NCBI GenBank assembly: GCA_964035545.1
Contig: OZ037771.1
Coordinates: forward strand, 4,165,628 to 4,229,627
Direction: 5' to 3'
From: Bugula neritina
Taxonomy: Eukaryota; Animalia; Bryozoa
DNA length: 64,000 nucleotides
The position numbers and the translations under genes were made by a program. Below, piece by piece: positions 60,877 to 64,000 of this stretch. The stretch's first letter is position 1; each line of letters opens with the position of its first letter. The notes beneath the pieces are model-generated. The model was not told the DNA's origin, searched no databases, and saw nothing but the letters and a program-made list of their open reading frames with translations.

Positions 60877-63800
60877 CAAGTGTTGAATATTATAGTGATA
60901 GGTGTTTAATATAATGCACGTGGTAGAACTACCAAAAACTTCTTCAGCCAAATTCTTGTCGTCTGAGATCTCCACTGAGTACAAGAATTTAATTTAATTC
61001 TGGTACTCTCATATAATTAACCCAAATTATGCAACCGATAGACAAATTTGAGAGAAATATAGATTACAAGTGTCATTGTCTACGTTCAATATAATTTTAG
61101 TTCACATTTGCATAATCTATTTTTATCCCCAAAAATGCATTCAAAATAATACAGTGCTTCAGGTGCCAATGCTAGTGCATATCTCCCACAGTGTTGTAAT
61201 GACATTCAGAGTGATAAATGCAGCCTTCTATTGCTAGTGCAAAGTGCCTACAAATTATTGACAGTGTGTCCCACACATGTGTGTAACCCATTCTATTAAT
61301 ACGCACTGGACTTTGGAAAACAAATCTCCATCATTAAACACTTGATAAATTACATTATTGTGAAAGTTTGAAGTTGAGTACAAAATCATAATTCCTGCCA
61401 GAGTATGTCCAGGTATGCATAAGTAATCGCCATTAGATTCGTAGATTTGCATCCTGTCTCTAATCTAAGCCCCAACTGCTATCTAGTGCGAAATATAATG
61501 CAAGCATGGAGTAACATAGCTGTACTGAAGCTTCCTGACTTTAAACTAAAATGTGGAAGATATAAAACGTTTTTCAAGTTTGAATATGGAAGGTCAAAGA
61601 AGCTAAAAGCTGTAATTTTGCAAAAATCTGAAACATAAATTGGAAATGTTTCACTACTGTTACCTTGCCAACTTGGTGCACAATTTAGGTATCTAAACTA
61701 AAACAATGGTATAAGCTAAAATAATTTTTACTTCTAAAGAAAAAATTTGAATGCATCATTTTAGGACCTTTACATGCATAGAATTAAAACACTATTCGTA
61801 AGGAAAAATCAATTACAACCTGTAACCTTATTAGTCAATTATTCAATTATTAATAATCAGTTTGACCTACACAACATCTTGTTTAGAAAATCAACATTTT
61901 AAGCATTTGTGGTTGTTTTGGTGCAAACCAACCACACTAGAATTACATTTCAATGACAACAATTAACACTGTAGTCATAATTAGTTGACCTGCTTGTTTG
62001 TTGCAGAAAGGAGTTACTACCATTCACTCTAACATACAGCAAGGACACCTTGTGACAGTTGGCAGGTGTCAGTTCAAGGTGCAAGGTGCTTGCTCTGTAA
62101 GTGGTCAACTACTGCTATCTAACTATCCCACATATAGTCCTATACATTCCTACCAATAAGCTACCCACTACTGTACCTATAGTCTTTCACCTTATATTCA
62201 CTAGATATAAAGATGAAAGCACTTTTTCAGACACCATTTCAAGGAGTAAGCTTCCTACAACTGTTAACATTAGACTTCAATGATGGCAATTAATGTCAAG
62301 ACTTGAATATTTCCAAGTAAAAACACCTGACGTTTGATTTTTTTCGAACAGCAATACACCCCGACTGCCACATGTCTGTCTTTGCCAGACAAAAGTGTAC
62401 TCACATCTTGTTATATAACACTACTGATGTCATTTCTATTGTAACTTTTGTATATTTTTATAACAGAAGGATATTATTTCTCAATATTACAGAATGAATA
62501 CTATATGTGCACCGAGTCACACAGCCAAACTGATCTAGACATGCTACATATACCTATAATAAATGTGCTGCATCTTTGTTTACAATGTAATTTGCTTAAA
62601 CTCTTAGTGCAGCATTAGAACAATTTTCTGCTAATATCAAATTCATATTGAATATGTATTATGTTAATATGTTTGGCATTGGATTAGAACATTCAACGAC
62701 TACAGGAGTTGTGTTCTCAGCCTAATACTATAGTCAAATGTTACATATTTAATACCAAATAATGTTTATCTGTGCATCCTTTAGACATAATTAACATACA
62801 TTTATCAGGTTTTCATTATCCAAGAAAAAGGACAAGTATTTGTGTGCTACTATTCTGCAGTGTAACTTTTTCAGTTTTTGTTTCTTATACTTAAAAGATA
62901 TCTTTTGATTTAAAGAGCATTCATTTTCTATGGCCAAAGATTGCTGGAACAAAGCATTTTCTGAAACTACTAAAACTGTGCTTTAAATTTTTGGAATAGC
63001 TTTCTGGGGTGATCGTGGGAATCTAATAAGGTTTAGGAATAATTTCGTGATTTGAAACTCATGACTAAAAATGTTATGTAAGCTCAAGTGACGTTATCAT
63101 ATGACAAACAGTAGTGAAGTATCTCCTTGGCTAATACACCTTATCACATGTTTCACAGCAGAGTGATGCACAACATGGTGGAATATCTCTAGATAAGAGA
63201 GGAATACTGCGGTACATGCCATAATGTAGGATAAAGGACGAAGATTAGAGAATATTGTGGCTGAGTCTATCGGTGTTAGGTAGCGTTATCAACCATTGAC
63301 TGGCCATTTTTATCTCATAGTCTTTTAGTGCTGAAAGTGCAGCAATATGCACCTTATTCTACAGTACAGTATATTATTCAATTACATATAGTATATGTTC
63401 TTGATTACCAAGTTTTTGGAAGCTCATATTTCCTGGAAACTGGGTGTGTTGACACTATCAATGACATAGAACTTTCCTCATAAAAAGTTGAAGGAACTTT
63501 CTTACAAAATGTTTGCTGGTGCTAGAATCTAGTACATTTGGTTCACTTAATTAATAGTATCAGAATAAGGTCACTATTTCCTTTAGTAAAGGTACCAAGG
63601 TGGGTTATGTAGAATTGCATTTTATAAAGACTTTTAGATATTTAGATAATCTTCACTTGTTTGGAAAATAAACCTTGAGTTATCAATTAACACTGGAAAC
63701 TTTTTAAATAGCAATTGTGATAAAAAAAACTTGTTCTACTTCATGAAAATCACAGAGGAAATTTGATTGAATAATTTAAAGCAGTGGGGTTTTAGGCCTG

Positions 63801-64000
63801 GGCAATCCTCCAGCCATCGCCCCAAATTTATTGGTTCAAAATCTGCTTTAGCCAAACATTAATGGTAATTAATGTTTCTATTCACAAATGTTGGAGTTGA
63901 AACTTTTATTCTCGCGCAGAGATATTCCATCAGCGACAACCAAACCCCTCCCTTTGCACTTAGTGTCTGTGAATGTTTCTCTCACTACAACTTTTTCTCC

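Overview
AT-rich, intron-dense animal genomic DNA, most likely an invertebrate (protostome/lophotrochozoan-like); the species cannot be established from this window. I reconstructed splice junctions by hand. (1) 1-35153 (+): the 3' three-quarters of a Cav2-type voltage-gated calcium channel alpha-1 gene, from domain II to a C-terminal ...DGDWC* PDZ ligand. It has a U12-type intron and several candidate microexons, including a 6-nt one in the DIV S3-S4 linker. (2) Inside its 10.3-kb intron (11780-22079), an antisense 7-exon gene encodes an unrecognised ~324-aa single-pass membrane protein with a Thr-rich mucin-like stalk, a TM helix and an acidic tail with 8 tyrosines, resembling a transmembrane adaptor. 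One of its introns holds a decayed THAP/P-element with TIRs and an 8-bp TSD, and a probable excision footprint of the same family lies at 9200-9236. (3) 36239-46347 (-): an RNF168/RNF169-like RING E3 ligase, head-to-head with (4) 47877-51965 (+), a THUMPD2-like RNA methyltransferase. (5) 56319-57591 (-): the C-terminal exons of a sigma-like GST, surrounded by unresolved, decayed exon-like sequence. Introns carry SINEs, MITEs and many local tandem repeats, several of which duplicate the splice sites themselves. Most long ORFs in the supplied track are repeat artefacts.
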